This document shows positions 1 through 12,862 of a DNA stretch of 64,000 nucleotides, piece after piece. Position 1 is the stretch's first letter. Each line of letters opens with the position of its first letter. The translations under genes and the position numbers were made by a program. Where the stretch lies: NCBI GenBank assembly GCA_964016885.1, contig OZ024740.1, forward strand, positions 348,440,001 through 348,504,000, in the 5' to 3' direction. This DNA comes from Eledone cirrhosa. Lineage: Eukaryota. Below the pieces are notes generated by a model that had not been told where the DNA came from, searched no databases, and saw only the letters and a list, made by a program, of their open reading frames with translations.

Positions 1-146
1 ATGTGCCTCTTTGTTATTGTGTATCTTTAGACCAGTTTTAATCAACGAGATTGTAGTTGGTCAGTAGCATTCCAACTATGACTATATTGCCTGCTATGTA
101 TTCAAGCCAAGTGATCTAATACAACCTCCTCTTTGGCTAGGTATAT

Positions 147-256
147 TTCTTCTTCTTCTTCTTCTTCTTCTTCTTCTTCTTCTTCTTCTTCTTCTTCTTC
201 TTCTTCTTCTTCTTCTTCTTCTTCTTCTTCTTCTTCATCTTCTTCTTCTTCTTCTT
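147..256. repeat. (TTC)n microsatellite, probably the (GAA)n tail of the adjacent LINE remnant
   Basis: Near-perfect TTC run. Confidence 0.95.
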
Positions 257-350
257 GAGAGAACCATGGCGGCAGAGTCCGCAAGCATGCCTCCCAAAAG
301 TAACCATCTCCAATTTATCAGACTGGAGCTCCAAGCGAATCTAGGGGAGC
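147..350 (-). mobile_element. 3' end remnant of an RTE-like LINE with (GAA)n tail
   Basis: Minus strand reads ..WEACLRTLPPWFSQ-(GAA)n, matching ..CWKACLRTLPSHSQ-(GAA)n at 18371-18530. Confidence 0.5.
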
Positions 351-639
351 TTATGGATGTGATCCAAGCTAGGGTTCGACTCCTCGGTCTCCTGCTGGTT
401 AGTTTTAAACGTAGGATTTGTCATGCGATTTTTTCCTGAGACATTCCAACCACAATCTCATTGTACCGGAACTGTGATTTCTTAATTCGGAGAAGTAGCT
501 GCTCTGACTGGAGTGACTCTCTGATCTCCAAGCTATGCACTCTATCTTACTCCACTCTATCTTACTTCGAGGAACCCCATTTCGACTGCTTTAATTTGCG
601 ATCGTATTCTTTCGATCATTTTCCAAAATTCGCGACTGT

Positions 640-862
640 ATTAAGCCTTCGCAATGGAGTACCACAGATGCAGTGGGAGAAGTTCAAATATCACTGGGTC
701 GGATTCATGAGTGATGGAAGGCTGGAGGCGGAATTAAGTGAAAGAATTCCATGGGCTGATTTAGTAATGCGAGATTTTTACCATTCGATCATCAGAGTAA
801 GAGATGTTGGTGTAAAATCCAAACTCGCTATCTTCATTTTGATATCCGGTATATTTACATAA
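640..862 (+). pseudogene. Degenerate RTE (Rex3/Expander-like) RT C-terminal fragment
   Basis: QWEKFKYHWVGFMSDGRLEAELSERIPWADLVMRDFYHSIIRVRDVGVKSKLAIF resembles the RTE pattern VEEFKYLGVLFTSDGRMEREIDRRIGAASAVMRxLYRSVVVKRELSxKAKLSIY (recalled, not searched). Confidence 0.65.
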
Positions 863-2835
863 TTATATTTTTCTCACCGACACGAATGTAATTTTATTTA
901 TATTTTCTGAAACAACTGCATTAAGACCGTTAGCTCCGATTTATTGTCTATTTAGTTATCATGTTGCCGGTTTTCTTGGACACCCCGCTCAGGCATTTGT
1001 ATTAAACCAACTGACTATAACAATCTTTACAAGAAACTGTTCTGGTAATTGACATCATAAAAAAACAACAAAATACTTGACTCGAACTGATATTTATGGA
1101 ATTATCATCAACTTCTTTGCATCGCTTGAATTGTACAAACACTCCGTAATCACGAAAACAAATCGCACATCACAATACACTATATCTTCCACATCACAAT
1201 ACACTATATCTTCTACATCATGGACACTATGGCATTAACTGATTTCAAGTCCACATGTTTTATATTAATTATGCTTGGCAACAAATATTCTTACTCGCTC
1301 CCCACAAATCTGTGAGAGCTAAGCCTATAGCATACATTATATTTATTTCTTAAGAAATCAAAGCGCATAACATCAAATAGTGAAACACAGCCGGCTTGCA
1401 GTAGTACAGGTTACACACACTTTCTACAACGCTTGTAAAAACCATATTTACTATCGGACTTTTACACAATATTTCTTTTCATATAAAACTGTCTAGTTGT
1501 AAAGTAAAGTTACATTTATATCAAAGTTTGCAAACCTCAACCAGCTGATTTGCAGATGATTTTGCTGATCTCTTGCTAAAAAGCTCTTTACCAGTTTTGC
1601 TGAATGCTCCAACGACTATTTCTCAACCAAATTGGATCCTGAAGCAGTATTCCCGTGGTGACACCATCTACATCTTTTCTAAAACCGCGAATCCCTGCAA
1701 CTAACTCAGCAACCATCAATACTATTTATGTAAAGCCAGGTTTATTTGAGACCTTATCTATTGTGTAATTCATCAGATTTGGAGCCGTATAATGAGGCAT
1801 AACTAATGGCTAAAAATCTCGCCCCTAAATCAAAAGGTGCCTTTTTTATCTCCCCTCAAGAAAATGTACACAGACATAGCCTCGATATGACTGAAATCTT
1901 ATGAATAGAGGTGAGTATACAGAAAACATTGGCAAACTTGTCTGAGGGGTGTTCCACTAATTCCCTTGTTAAACCTCCTTACGTAGACTATCCTGCATGA
2001 ATGGAATAGTTAGCTTTATTTTTAGAATGTCATTGTTATATAAGATCTATCTGATGATAAAGTTAATAGTAATAATAATCAACTACTAAGATGATGACTC
2101 AAGGACTACAGTTGCGCTGATTAAACAGCTGAAGAAATGTAAACCAATACAGCTACCACCAAGTATGTTAGGTATGGTTACGTGTGAATGATACTATATC
2201 GATAATAATATATAAAAACTACAGCCGTAAGTAACATTTGGATATGGCTTGGTTGTGTGTATTCGCACGGGGACACATACACATTTAACAACTCGCCCCT
2301 CCCTCGATCTAGTGGTAAATCCAGGATGTAAATGCTGGTAGGTGAGAAAGCTGCATCCGCACTGGACTGCTACATTCTTTATCAACCCCGAAATGGTGAA
2401 AGTCAAAGATGACCTCGGAGGAATTGAAACTTATAGTGAAAAGATTCAGAACCAATATCCAACGCTTTAATGACTCTGCCAACTCAACCGCGTAGAGGCA
2501 AATATATAAGGATTTAAAAATCAAATAAAATGGATACTCTTATGTTAAATGTTGCATATTTATTCCATACTTTAGGAAATCACGCTACCGCTTTCAAAGG
2601 ACATAATAGAAAACTATGTATATCCACGGTGTTTGTTTTATTTTTGTTTTTCACATGTGCATACTCACGAATGCAATAAAATAAAGTTAAATTGCTTATA
2701 GAATAACATGAATTATGTATTGTAAAGATATTCGTAGCAAGTTTGAATACTTAAAAAATCTGGTTTAATTTCTAGCAAAAATGTTCAATTAATCAACTGT
2801 AATAAATAACTATTATTATTAGTGGCCCTTGCCAT

Positions 2836-2955
2836 TCTGAGTTCAAATCCCGCCGAGGTTAACTTTGCCTTTCATCCTTACGGGGTCGATAAAATAAAGT
2901 ACAAGTAATACACTGGGTAATTGCTGGCCTTGTGCCTAACGTAGAAACAATTATT
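2836..2955 (+). mobile_element. tRNA-derived SINE (Meta-like core), 5'-truncated
   Basis: B-box GAGTTCAAATCCC followed by GCCTTTCATCCTTACGGGGTCGATAAAATAAAGTAC; about 10 copies in the window. Confidence 0.8.
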
Positions 2956-3534
2956 AGTGTTAGAGATATATTTTTGAAACAAGGCTAGATACGCTTTTTT
3001 GTTCGAAGCTAGTTTGTGTTAATTGTCTTCTATGACAAAATATCGAATGAAAAATCCAGTGATTCAAAAGGCTGAAAATTTAACAATTTATACTTTATTG
3101 TTGTTTGCTTGACACATAATGCGATGAAAGAAAGATTTTTGACGCCTAAAATCACTGGAGTAGAAACAAAACTGTTAGAAATATATATGAACAGAACATA
3201 ATAAAAATACATAAATTCTATGAAAAATTATATTTTTAAAATTGACCTGAATTCGCTTTATTTTTACCTCTATATTCAAATATAATTTTTCATTATTTTG
3301 ACACTGTCAGATAAATTATTATTCTCTCGTGGTCTCATTTGAATTCTAATTGCGAATTCTATATTCCATTACCATGAGAATATCCACACATGCACTAATT
3401 ATTGTTTCTGCTGTTGATTATTTGTAATATTATATTATTGATCATCCACAATGTAATTATTAAAGTTATAATTTCATTTTTCATTGGATTATAACTTTTA
3501 TATATAAACGCACAAAAAATTGATCTGATACCCA

Positions 3535-3573
<39 letters not shown>

Positions 3574-3712
3574 CAAGAAGTATAAGTCAACAGGTTAAAA
3601 TTAACTTCGTTTATTCACAGTCACTGTTATATATATTTCAGTGATAACCGTTATGCAACAGCCAACTAAAATTTGAACAGAAAAAAAAACCCAGAAAAAC
3701 ATAAAGATAGAA

Positions 3713-3973
3713 TAAACCCTACTCCTGTTATTTCGATTCCTTGATATGCTCCGTGCTGAATTTTGGTCTTGCTTTCTCAAGGCACAGGTAGCATATGATT
3801 TATAATGAACGAATTTACAGCTTCATTAGAAGTAACCTCTTCCCATTGGTTAATCCTAATGGTGCTGTAAATCAAATCATTCTAAATCATATACTACCGG
3901 TGCCTTCAGAAAGCAACACCAAAATTCAGCACGGAGCATATCGAGGAATATAAATAACAGAAGTAAGTTTTAT
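3713..3973. repeat. Inverted repeat pair (~55 bp arms), probable PLE remnant
   Basis: 3713-3767 (..GATATGCTCCGTGCTGAATTTTGGT) is the reverse complement of 3918-3973. Confidence 0.7.
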
Positions 3974-4309
3974 GACAGTTATGTGCTTTTTGAAATTTAG
4001 ATTTCATCAATTTGGTTCAACTGCATTTTAACATGTCCCTACTATAGAAGCTCTAATTAGTAGGGCATACCCTTTTGAGAGGTGAGACGGCTCGTAACAT
4101 AGGAGAAATGATAAATGAACACTGGTGAGTACACCAAGAGGGGAAATAATCATCAGTACTTCACCAAGATGCCAAAATGGAACATGGAAGCATACTAGAG
4201 AATATCGACATATAAATCATGTTCACACACAGAACAAACCAACTGCTCCGACAGATTACAGAAGCGACAAACATAAACGAAGTCCAGCCATAGCTAAACA
4301 GAAAACATG

Positions 4310-4730
4310 ACGTGAATAGCAACAACATCACAACTAGTAATTAAAGACAAGATAAAGTAATACAGAGACATATAAGTACTGAACTAATAAAACAAACCAG
4401 ACACACAGATGTGGCAAATAAACGTATAAATGAATAGATAAAAACACACCCACACACAAACCCGGATACAACACGTGTGCTGCCCAGGTAGAGAGCACAC
4501 AGCTCACAGCTCACAAAACCAAAATGGTGTGGGACAGAAAAAAGAAGAGACAAAATAACATTAGTAACTGAGTAGGTCACAGAATTGTGATGAAGGAGCT
4601 TTCAACAAATAAACAACCCTCCAGTTATCAAACCAATCGACTGAGAGTTTTTAATAAACTGAAATGAAAACCAACAGTGAGTTGTGAGTTTTTAATGGCA
4701 GCATAAACATCTCAAGGTATAACAATATGT
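4310..4730 (+). mobile_element. Diverged copy of the HHR-bearing family at 11030-11535 and 22795-23058
   Basis: Shared blocks ACATCACAACT, ACCCGGAT, GGTCACAGAAT..TGTGA, GTATAACAATAT; ribozyme core decayed. Confidence 0.6.
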
Positions 4731-4822
4731 TTCAACATACGTTTTCTGATAAAAAATATCGCAAAACAAGTACAATAACGAAAAACGAGGTATATACATA
4801 CATGTATATATGTTGGATGCTT

Positions 4823-4968
<146 letters not shown>

Positions 4969-5098
4969 CCTGTCCACTCAATACATAGCAGAGTGTAATT
5001 TTTTAATATAGAAATGGTTTCTACAGATCTAGAATTGTAAAGCCATTTTCCTGGTGATTTCCTTCGAATGAAGCATTTCTAGTCCTGTAGGAGCCATT

Positions 5099-5224
<126 letters not shown>

Positions 5225-5317
5225 ATATATATATATATATATATAAAGAAAAAGAGATGAAATCGAAAATGCAACTGGAGTCTTATTTTCTTTAAAAATA
5301 TATATATTTATTTGGTT

Positions 5318-5355
5318 CCTTTACCGGTTTCGCAGTTCTTCTGCTTTTCAAAAGG
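5318..5355 (-). ncRNA. Minimal type-I hammerhead ribozyme, U3-A8 core
   Basis: Reverse complement: CCTT-TTGAAAA-GCAG AAGAA CTGC-GAAAC CG GTA^AAGG. Confidence 0.75.
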
Positions 5356-5418
5356 TGAGTTGAGATGGAGGGTCTGTGGTTTTTCTCAGATGTGAGAAAA
5401 ACCACAGACCTCAACTCA

Positions 5419-5456
5419 CCTTTTGAAAAGCAGAAGAACTGCGAAACCGGTAAAGG
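5419..5456 (+). ncRNA. Minimal type-I hammerhead ribozyme, U3-A8 core
   Basis: CCTT-TTGAAAA-GCAG AAGAA CTGC-GAAAC CG GTA^AAGG; palindromic ACCGGT in stem III. Confidence 0.75.
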
Positions 5457-5602
5457 AACCAAATAAATATATATATTTAAAAAAAAAATAAGACTCCAGT
5501 TGCATTTTCGATTTCATCTCTTTTTCTTTATACTTTCACTCGTGTAGGACACCTCGGTTATTTTTCATTTTGTAAAAAAAAAAAAAAAAAAAAAAACCTC
5601 AC

Positions 5603-5635
<33 letters not shown>

Positions 5636-5641
<6 letters not shown>

Positions 5642-6125
5642 TGGGTGCTCTGTAATAGCGATGTATATATGAATGTATATATAGTGCATTTGGCAATACA
5701 CTGTATGCTTAATTTAAAGCATTTTGAAAACCTTACGCTATTGTTTTAACAACAATAGCGTAAGGTCTTCAAAATGCTTTTAATTAAGCATACAGTGTAT
5801 TACCAAATACCCTATATATATATATTCATATATACATCGCTATTTCAGAGCACCAATTCTAATTTTCAATTTTTGCTGGACCGGCAACCGCTCTGTATAA
5901 TCAGTTCCTGATTATTACTGGAATTCAACATTTATAATGTTCAACAGGCAAAGGGGAGTGCTAAGCTTTGACGAATACCAACAGTATGAAACAGAGATCT
6001 GTCAGCTTATCTCCCTTTGTTTGTTGAAAAAAGAAGTGATATAGTCACTACTTTAAAACAATAGTGTAAGGTCTTCAAAATGCTTTTAATTAAGCATACA
6101 GTTTATTGCCAAATACACTATATAT
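5636..6125 (+). mobile_element. Retrozyme-like non-coding element: 306-nt monomer, partial tandem repeat and inverted 5' piece
   Basis: AACAATAG(C/T)GTAAGGTCTTCAAAATGC at 5751 and 6057; 5636-5745 is an inverted copy; one HHR per unit. Confidence 0.65.
5941..6027 (+). ncRNA. Type-I hammerhead ribozyme with long stem I
   Basis: AAGCT-TTGACGA-ATAC CAACA GTAT-GAAAC AG AGAT CT GTC^AGCTT (core 5963-6008); stem I extends as TCAACAGGCAAAGGGGAG / CTCCCTTTGTTTGTTGA. Confidence 0.75.
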
Positions 6126-6207
6126 ACATTATGTATGTGTGTGTGTGTGTGTTCTGTTATTATTTCTGGCAATATTATTACAACAATATGACCCTCCCCA
6201 AGTATAA

Positions 6208-6241
<34 letters not shown>

Positions 6242-6288
6242 GGGTGGGGGCGTGTACATATATATACTTTTATATATATATATATATA

Positions 6289-6388
6289 AAAGTTAACCTC
6301 GGCGGGATTTGAACTCAGATCATAAAGGACCGTAACTCTTCGCTGCAGAGCATGGCGTCCGACTCTCTAGCGATACTGCCAATCCACC
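6289..6388 (-). mobile_element. tRNA-derived SINE, 5' part
   Basis: Reverse complement has GGTGGATTGGCAGTATCG (A-box-like) and CTGAGTTCAAATCCCGCCGAGG. Confidence 0.75.
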
Positions 6389-6800
6389 ATATAGACACTC
6401 GTGAATGTATAATTATGCTTTGATACATAAAAGAAAGAGAAGGAGAACTGTGGAATGTGCAAGAAAGAAAGGTGATGAAAGTTATTTTTGGTAAAAACAT
6501 ATATTTAGCATGCTATAAACATGTTTTCATTATTTTAAGTGTTCTGTCAGATTTGAAAGCTTATTCATTTACGAATTCATTGATTAAAACTTCTGAGTAG
6601 CTTTTTATTGAACGTGGCACTTATGATTTCAGATGACATATTATATTATACATCCCTATATATAGATTGCTGCATATAAACCTATCAACAAGTGTGAAAT
6701 ATAAATATAATTTATAGATAGATAGATAGATTCGAGAGAGAGAGAGAGAGACGAAAAGAGAGAGATAGAGAGAGAGTGAGAAAGGTATAAATCTCGATAG

Positions 6801-6853
6801 GCGGCACCAAACGGTTTCGGTTTAACACACAATCCGAAACCGTTTGGTGCCGC
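6801..6853. repeat. Perfect 20-bp-arm hairpin
   Basis: GCGGCACCAAACGGTTTCGG ... CCGAAACCGTTTGGTGCCGC. Confidence 0.85.
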
Positions 6854-6967
6854 AGTCGTGATTAAAGCATCCTTCTATACCCACTATGAATCTCCCCATG
6901 CATTGAGGCCTCGAGTCCTCTCATGATTAGTGGTCCACCGGTCTCAACAATGCAGTCACCATCTTTC

Positions 6968-7044
<77 letters not shown>

Positions 7045-7216
7045 AAGGCGGGTAAAATTCCCGAGATCCATGGACGAGTTCTCTCCAGCGGTCTCTGTCC
7101 CTCATTATCGCTGCCATGTCCTGCGTCTCCAACAGACCAGTGTCTGTCCTTAGGGCATCAACATATGTTAATCTTGGTCTTCCTCTTCCAGTGTGTCCAT
7201 GTATATATATATATAA

Positions 7217-7508
7217 GAAAGTGAGGTTTTTTTACAAATTGAAAAATAACCGAGGTGTCCTACACGAGCGAAAGTATAAAGAAAAAAAGATGAAATCGAA
7301 AATGCAACTGGAGTCTTATTTTTTTTTAAATATATATATAAATGTGGTTCCTTTACCAGTTTCGCAGTTCTTCTGCTTTTCAAAAGTAGAATTGAGATGG
7401 AGGGTCTGTGGTTTTTCTCTTTGAAAAGTAGAAGAACTGCGCAACTGGTAAAGGAACCAAATTTATATATATTTTTTAAAATAAGACTCCAGTTGCATTT
7501 TCGATTTC

Positions 7509-7515
<7 letters not shown>
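7217..7515. mobile_element. Second copy of the 5245-5610 family, with an HHR at 7351-7386 (-) and a damaged one at ~7419-7455 (+)
   Basis: Near-identical to 5245-5610 in the opposite overall orientation; (TA)n flanks. Confidence 0.75.
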
Positions 7516-7546
<31 letters not shown>

Positions 7547-7673
7547 AAAGTTTTATTTAAATTGTTGGGATACAACAAGCAAATATTTTTATAACTGATA
7601 TAAAGCACTCGACAAATATTTGGAGTAGATATACGATATTAATAAATGGAAACTATATTTATAAAACCATATT

Positions 7674-7738
7674 TATTTCATTATATATATTTCAAGGATA
7701 CCAAGTTACATTATGGTATGCCTTCATCAGACAAAATA
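7674..7738 (-). ncRNA. Hammerhead ribozyme motif
   Basis: Reverse complement: TATTTTGT-CTGATGA-AGGCATACCA..TGGTATCCTT-GAAA-TATATATA^ATGAAATA. Confidence 0.65.
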
Positions 7739-9203
7739 CAATATATAGCAGTTATATAAATAGACATTGACGTACCCCTTTAAAAATTGACCGTTGTTTT
7801 GGGAGGCCATCAGGATAGTGATTTGTTTACTTTAGTAAGTCATAGTGTTAAGAGTAAGTAAACAGATGGAGAGAGAGAGAGAAACGTGGAGAAAAGAAAG
7901 GGAGAGATAGATAAAGAAAAAGAAGAAAGCAAAAAGAAAAGAGAACAGAGGAAAAATAACGGGGAGATATCAATCCATCAGACAGAGAAAAAATCCAGAG
8001 AGAGATATATAGAGATAGAAAGAGGGGGGAGAGAACGAAAACCTTAAGTTATGTCATATTAAGTTGAGTTAACAATTGGGATGAAAAGCATAAATAAAAT
8101 TAGAAATATTAATATTCATGAATGGAATATAGATATATAATATGAGAAATTACACATTGTTTAATTATGATTAGATATTTAGTTTAAAATTGAGATCAAT
8201 ATATTAAACATTGGAATTTAAACATTATAAAATATATATATTGCTAGAGAGATTATCTATCGCATATTACATACACATAGGCAAAGGTACATAAATATAT
8301 ATATATACACACTCACTCAGAAAATACACATTATATCTACTCCCGCACATAATATATATATACAAAGCATAAGTGATTTTTTATTTATTGCCATACATTC
8401 CCTGTGTTATTAATTAAAAATTAAAAGTTTTTAGTATATATATATATAAATATATAGGATTAACTTTCATGCATTTATGGCTGTTAAGTTATGCATATCT
8501 GCAATCAAAAACTGCATGTGTAAGCCTTTACATTCACATCCATAATTCTTAGCTATACATGAATAGATATGTGTGTGCATCTTCAATTGGTATACACGCG
8601 TCACTCATGCGTATATACAGACAGACATATAATCATAAAAAGCATACAACACATGTATATGTATGTCAACACACACATATAGATACATTAGCAGTATATA
8701 GATATACGTATACATAAACATATAACATAGTACAATTGAGTATATAAAATACAAAAGGATTATATTTTGGAAATATAATTATATCAATATAACTTAAAAA
8801 GCAAACGAATTCTACAAATATCAAAATACTAAAATATCCCAAAATATTATAGAATATTTTAAGTTAAAATAATATGTTTAATATATTTAGTATAGAAATT
8901 AATCTTACGTATATTTTAATCAAGTTATTGAAAGGACAAACTTTTGAAAATTATGAGAAGCTATCAGAATAAAAGATAAATCTAATAAAAATTATGAGAA
9001 GCTATCAGAATAAAAACAAATCTAATAAAAATAAAAAATAAAATGAATCTAATAAAAAAAATGAAAAAATAAATAAAATGAATCTAATAAAAAATAAAAT
9101 ATTATATCAATATAACTTAAAAAACAAGGATTCTACAGATATCAAAATATTAAAAAGTTTTAAAATAAAATAATTTTAAAAAATAAAAAAAATATATATA
9201 TTG

Positions 9204-9268
9204 TATTTTGTCTGATGAAGGCATACCATAATGTAACTTGGTATCCTTGAAATATATATAATTAAATA
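9204..9268 (+). ncRNA. Hammerhead ribozyme motif
   Basis: CTGATGA-AGGCATACCA TAATGTAACT TGGTATCCTT-GAAA-TATATATA. Confidence 0.6.
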
Positions 9269-9308
9269 AATATGGTTTTATAAATATAGTTTCCATTTAT
9301 TAATATCG

Positions 9309-9341
<33 letters not shown>

Positions 9342-10065
9342 GTTTAAATTAAATTTCAATAAGAAGATCCATATTAAAGTATGCGTGAAAAAATAGTTTA
9401 ATTTGTAAATAATTCTGTTGGAAAGCCCTGTTTTATTACAAACATAACGAAACTTAAAATAATTATTTCTATTCTTATTTGTAGAATCGATACAGTATTT
9501 GATATTATATATAACATCGCCATATACAGGTACGACATGAATTTTCTAGCACCCTTGATTTCAGACGTGTTCCTGACTAGATAATAATTCTCTAGTATCA
9601 TATTACGAAGACAAAAAACTCCCCATTCTCCCACATCTATAATTACGGTCTCTTATTTAGGTACAAAACCAGCAATTTTGGTTGGGATGCGATGTCAACG
9701 AATTCTACCACAGTGTTGTTTGGTACATCATTTTATCGAATCTGGAAGGAGGAATGACAGAGTTACCATGGGGTGGGGGTTGAACACAGATCATTGAGAA
9801 GCAGAACAAAGAGCACATAAACCTAACCTCAACTTTAACGATATGGAAACACAAATGCCTAAAATTAAATCTAACGGCATGTTGAAACATTTAACTTTAA
9901 TCATCTGGGGAGATTGGGAAATACATAATTTTATCCGGTAAAAAATGGTGGCAGATCATCATTTGCCGAGGAATTCGTTAGTGAACCTCAAATACATAGT
10001 CACGTGAAAACATGTATAATGTTCGAGTCTAATGAATATTTGATCTTGCTTGCAGATTAGAAGTC

Positions 10066-10068
<3 letters not shown>

Positions 10069-10160
<92 letters not shown>

Positions 10161-10197
10161 TCTCTCTCTCTCTCTCTCGCCTCTCTCTCTCTTTCTC
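10069..10197. repeat. (CT)n microsatellite
   Basis: Direct reading. Confidence 0.95.
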
Positions 10198-10249
10198 CCC
10201 CTGTCTATATATATATGTCTATATATATATATATATACATATATATATG

Positions 10250-10793
10250 ATAAGAAAATGCGAAGTAGTTTCAGATGTTAAAGTCCTTTATTGATAATGC
10301 TGTGATAATATTGATAATTTCAATGATGACAGTGGCCACATGAATCCGTGTACCCAGTGCCATGACATCATCAGACAGCTTCTTATATAATAAGGTTACG
10401 TTCCCGAGGCAATCCAAACAGAAACGACCAGGAAACCGACAAGTCCCAATTCACCTCCACAGGTTTGCGAAGGCGCAAAAGGAAATTGACCATCCACTAC
10501 CCCAAACTCAACGGAAACTAGCCAAGGAAGGTCCCACCCCCTCCAACCAAACAATCACCCCCATCTAGGTCGGTAATATGACACGGTTAAAGTATGCTGC
10601 CAGTGGCAGGTGACCGAAACCTAGTGGTGATGGCAGAGTATGGGTTTCAATAGGCCTCAACACTACCCCTAATTAAATACCTGGACAATAGAGTTGACCA
10701 TCCCCGCATTTTCGTATTCTAAATATACTCCGTTATTCCTATGGGAAAAATACGTCGAGTGCTTGAATTGATTTGCATCAATGTTTACCGTAA

Positions 10794-10795
<2 letters not shown>
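10250..10795. mobile_element. PLE-type remnant between (TA)n runs
   Basis: Both ends match 26600-26775; HHR at 10299-10379; TACTC..GAGTGC hairpin at 10726-10762. Confidence 0.6.
10299..10379 (-). ncRNA. Hammerhead ribozyme motif
   Basis: Reverse complement: GCTGT-CTGATGA-(long stem II)-GAAAT..ATC^ACAGC; stems II and III imperfect. Confidence 0.55.
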
Positions 10796-10843
<48 letters not shown>

Positions 10844-11029
10844 TGAGAGACGGGGGGGGGGGCAGAGTGGGGCAGAGGGAGATAGAAAGAAATTACTTCT
10901 ACAGGACTAGAGCTGCTTCATTTTTTGTATATAATAACGATACCGATATTCTATATTCTACAAAAGTATTGAGTGCCTTTTTAATATATTTGTATATATA
11001 TATATATATATATATATATTTCATTTCTG

Positions 11030-11529
11030 AAAAAAAGACGCAATGTTTAGACAAATCACAGAGGCAATAAACATAAATGAACTCCAACCAAAATTAAATA
11101 GAAAACATGAATGGAACAGCAACATCACAACTTACAATTAAGGACAAAATGAAAACACACACGCACATAGAACAAACAACGAACCAGTAACATGTAAATA
11201 AACAAATAAATAAACGAATATAAATACACACAGACACCCGGATGTAACACATGCGCAAACTAAGCACACAACACACACACAAAAACAAGATGGCGTAGGA
11301 CAGAACAAAGGAGAGGCACAAAAACAAAGAAAAGAATCCCAGTCACTGAAGAGGTCACAGAATGTGTGACAAAAGAACTTTGACAATATATAAACAATCA
11401 TCTGGTTGTGGAACCAACCAACCAACCGGAAATTTATAAATTCCTAAATTTATAAATGCATTATAATAAATTGAAGTGAAAGCAACTGGTGCGTGTGTTT
11501 CTTATTGGCAACATAACCCTCCCAAAGTA

Positions 11530-11535
<6 letters not shown>
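11030..11535 (+). mobile_element. HHR-bearing PLE-type family; the HHR at 11342-11384 has G12 changed to A
   Basis: 11275-11535 is near-identical to 22795-23058; ends in (TA)n. Confidence 0.7.
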
Positions 11536-11616
<81 letters not shown>

Positions 11617-11860
11617 GACGGCTGCCCCCTCATTATCGAGTATGTCTATTGTACGATATAACATTATTAATAATTATCAATTAATGCTATCGTGCAATGC
11701 CTGTACGTGAAGATATTTTAAAGTCATGAAAGACTGTACACTGAGCTAATATCACTCTCTGAGTGACAGTAGCTATAACCCGAAAAGAAGAAAAGATCAA
11801 CATCATCGGTAACTACTGAGCCGCAGGTTTTATGTCGGAGTTATCTCAGTTTTCTGAGTT
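11617..11860. repeat. Unclassified dispersed repeat, second copy at 19728-19960
   Basis: GGCTGCCCCCTC..GTAGCTATAACCCGAAAA..CGGAGTTATC shared; both copies abut (TA)n. Confidence 0.75.
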
Positions 11861-12066
11861 GCCTTTTCGTAGAAGAATGCACTGACAAAGGCTAGGGGTC
11901 CTTCACTCCATGTGGTTTAACCGTGCGATCGTGTATCCAGCCCGATTATTTCTATGCCCCCGCACATATTTATCTACATGTATATATGTATATATATATA
12001 TATATATATACATACATACGCATGCTTACATATATATACATATATGTATATATGTGTGTGTGTGTG

Positions 12067-12225
12067 GCATACATTCCTTAACGGACCCCCTCCGAACTCT
12101 CACCCACCTTTCTGCTGCCAGGATAATGGCTTCTCTTCCTCAGATCTAGCTGATCTCCTGACAACTTCATTCAAGGAGTCTCTTTTCCCTCATCTCTTCT
12201 TCTGTCTTCATCCATATCTTGTCCC
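12067..12225 (-). mobile_element. Probable RTE-like LINE 3' end
   Basis: High similarity to 12863-13020. Confidence 0.45.
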
Positions 12226-12392
12226 ACAATACACAATATGTGTGTGTAGTGTGTATGTATAACTTAAGAAAATTAACAAAGACGTCAGGACAACGAATGG
12301 AAACAAAAGAAAAGGAAAAACATTTAAATAACATTTTAAAAAAATATACAAACGAGGGCCAGAGAACCCCGTGTGTGTGTGTGGGTGTGGGG

Positions 12393-12511
<119 letters not shown>

Positions 12512-12650
12512 TGTGTGTCAACAAGTCACTGAGAAAACATAGAATGGTAACTCAACCATTAAATATCTTTCATGACGGTTGTACATTCTTAATATTCTCT
12601 TCAAAGCCATGAAATATTTTAGCCCTTAACAACCTCTACAAAACTGAGTT

Positions 12651-12769
12651 AATAATTGTTTCTACTTTTGGCAGAACGCCAGCAATTATACCAGTGCATT
12701 ACTGGTACTTTATTTTATTTACCACGTAAGGATGAAAGGCAAAATTAACCTCGGCGGGATTTGAACTCA
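12651..12769 (-). mobile_element. tRNA-derived SINE
   Basis: Reverse complement of the 2836-2955 consensus. Confidence 0.8.
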
Positions 12770-12862
12770 ATAATAACAATGACGTACTGCTTCCAGATAT
12801 GGGATGCTGCTATGTATAACAATAAAATAGACCGCATCTAGAAAATAACCATTCGTCTGATT

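Larger units (their letters stand above)
5245..5610. mobile_element. Palindromic non-coding PLE-type terminus between (TA)n runs, carrying two HHRs
   Basis: 5245-5388 is inverted at 5393-5532; same family at 7217-7515. Confidence 0.75.
7545..9310 (-). mobile_element. AT-rich non-autonomous PLE derivative with inverted terminus
   Basis: ~1.3 kb near-identical to 34374-35735; the 7630-7745 terminus is inverted at 9195-9310; (TA)n on both sides; no real ORF. Confidence 0.75.

Noticed and set aside
461-862. 133-aa ORF as a host gene
   Set aside because: The C-terminal half resembles decayed RTE RT; the N-terminal half has no recognisable features and the start is TTG.
1570-1730. Possible further RLE remnant (minus-strand IVVGAFSKT)
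   Set aside because: Too short and degenerate to call.
2051-2070. CTGATGA here and at ~46129
   Set aside because: No closing stem II or GAAA; chance matches. C/D-box snoRNA also unsupported.
5763-5803. Second hammerhead-shaped hairpin in the 306-nt unit (TTCAAAA-TGCTT..AAGCA-TACA)
   Set aside because: Lacks G5 and G12; not a supportable ribozyme.
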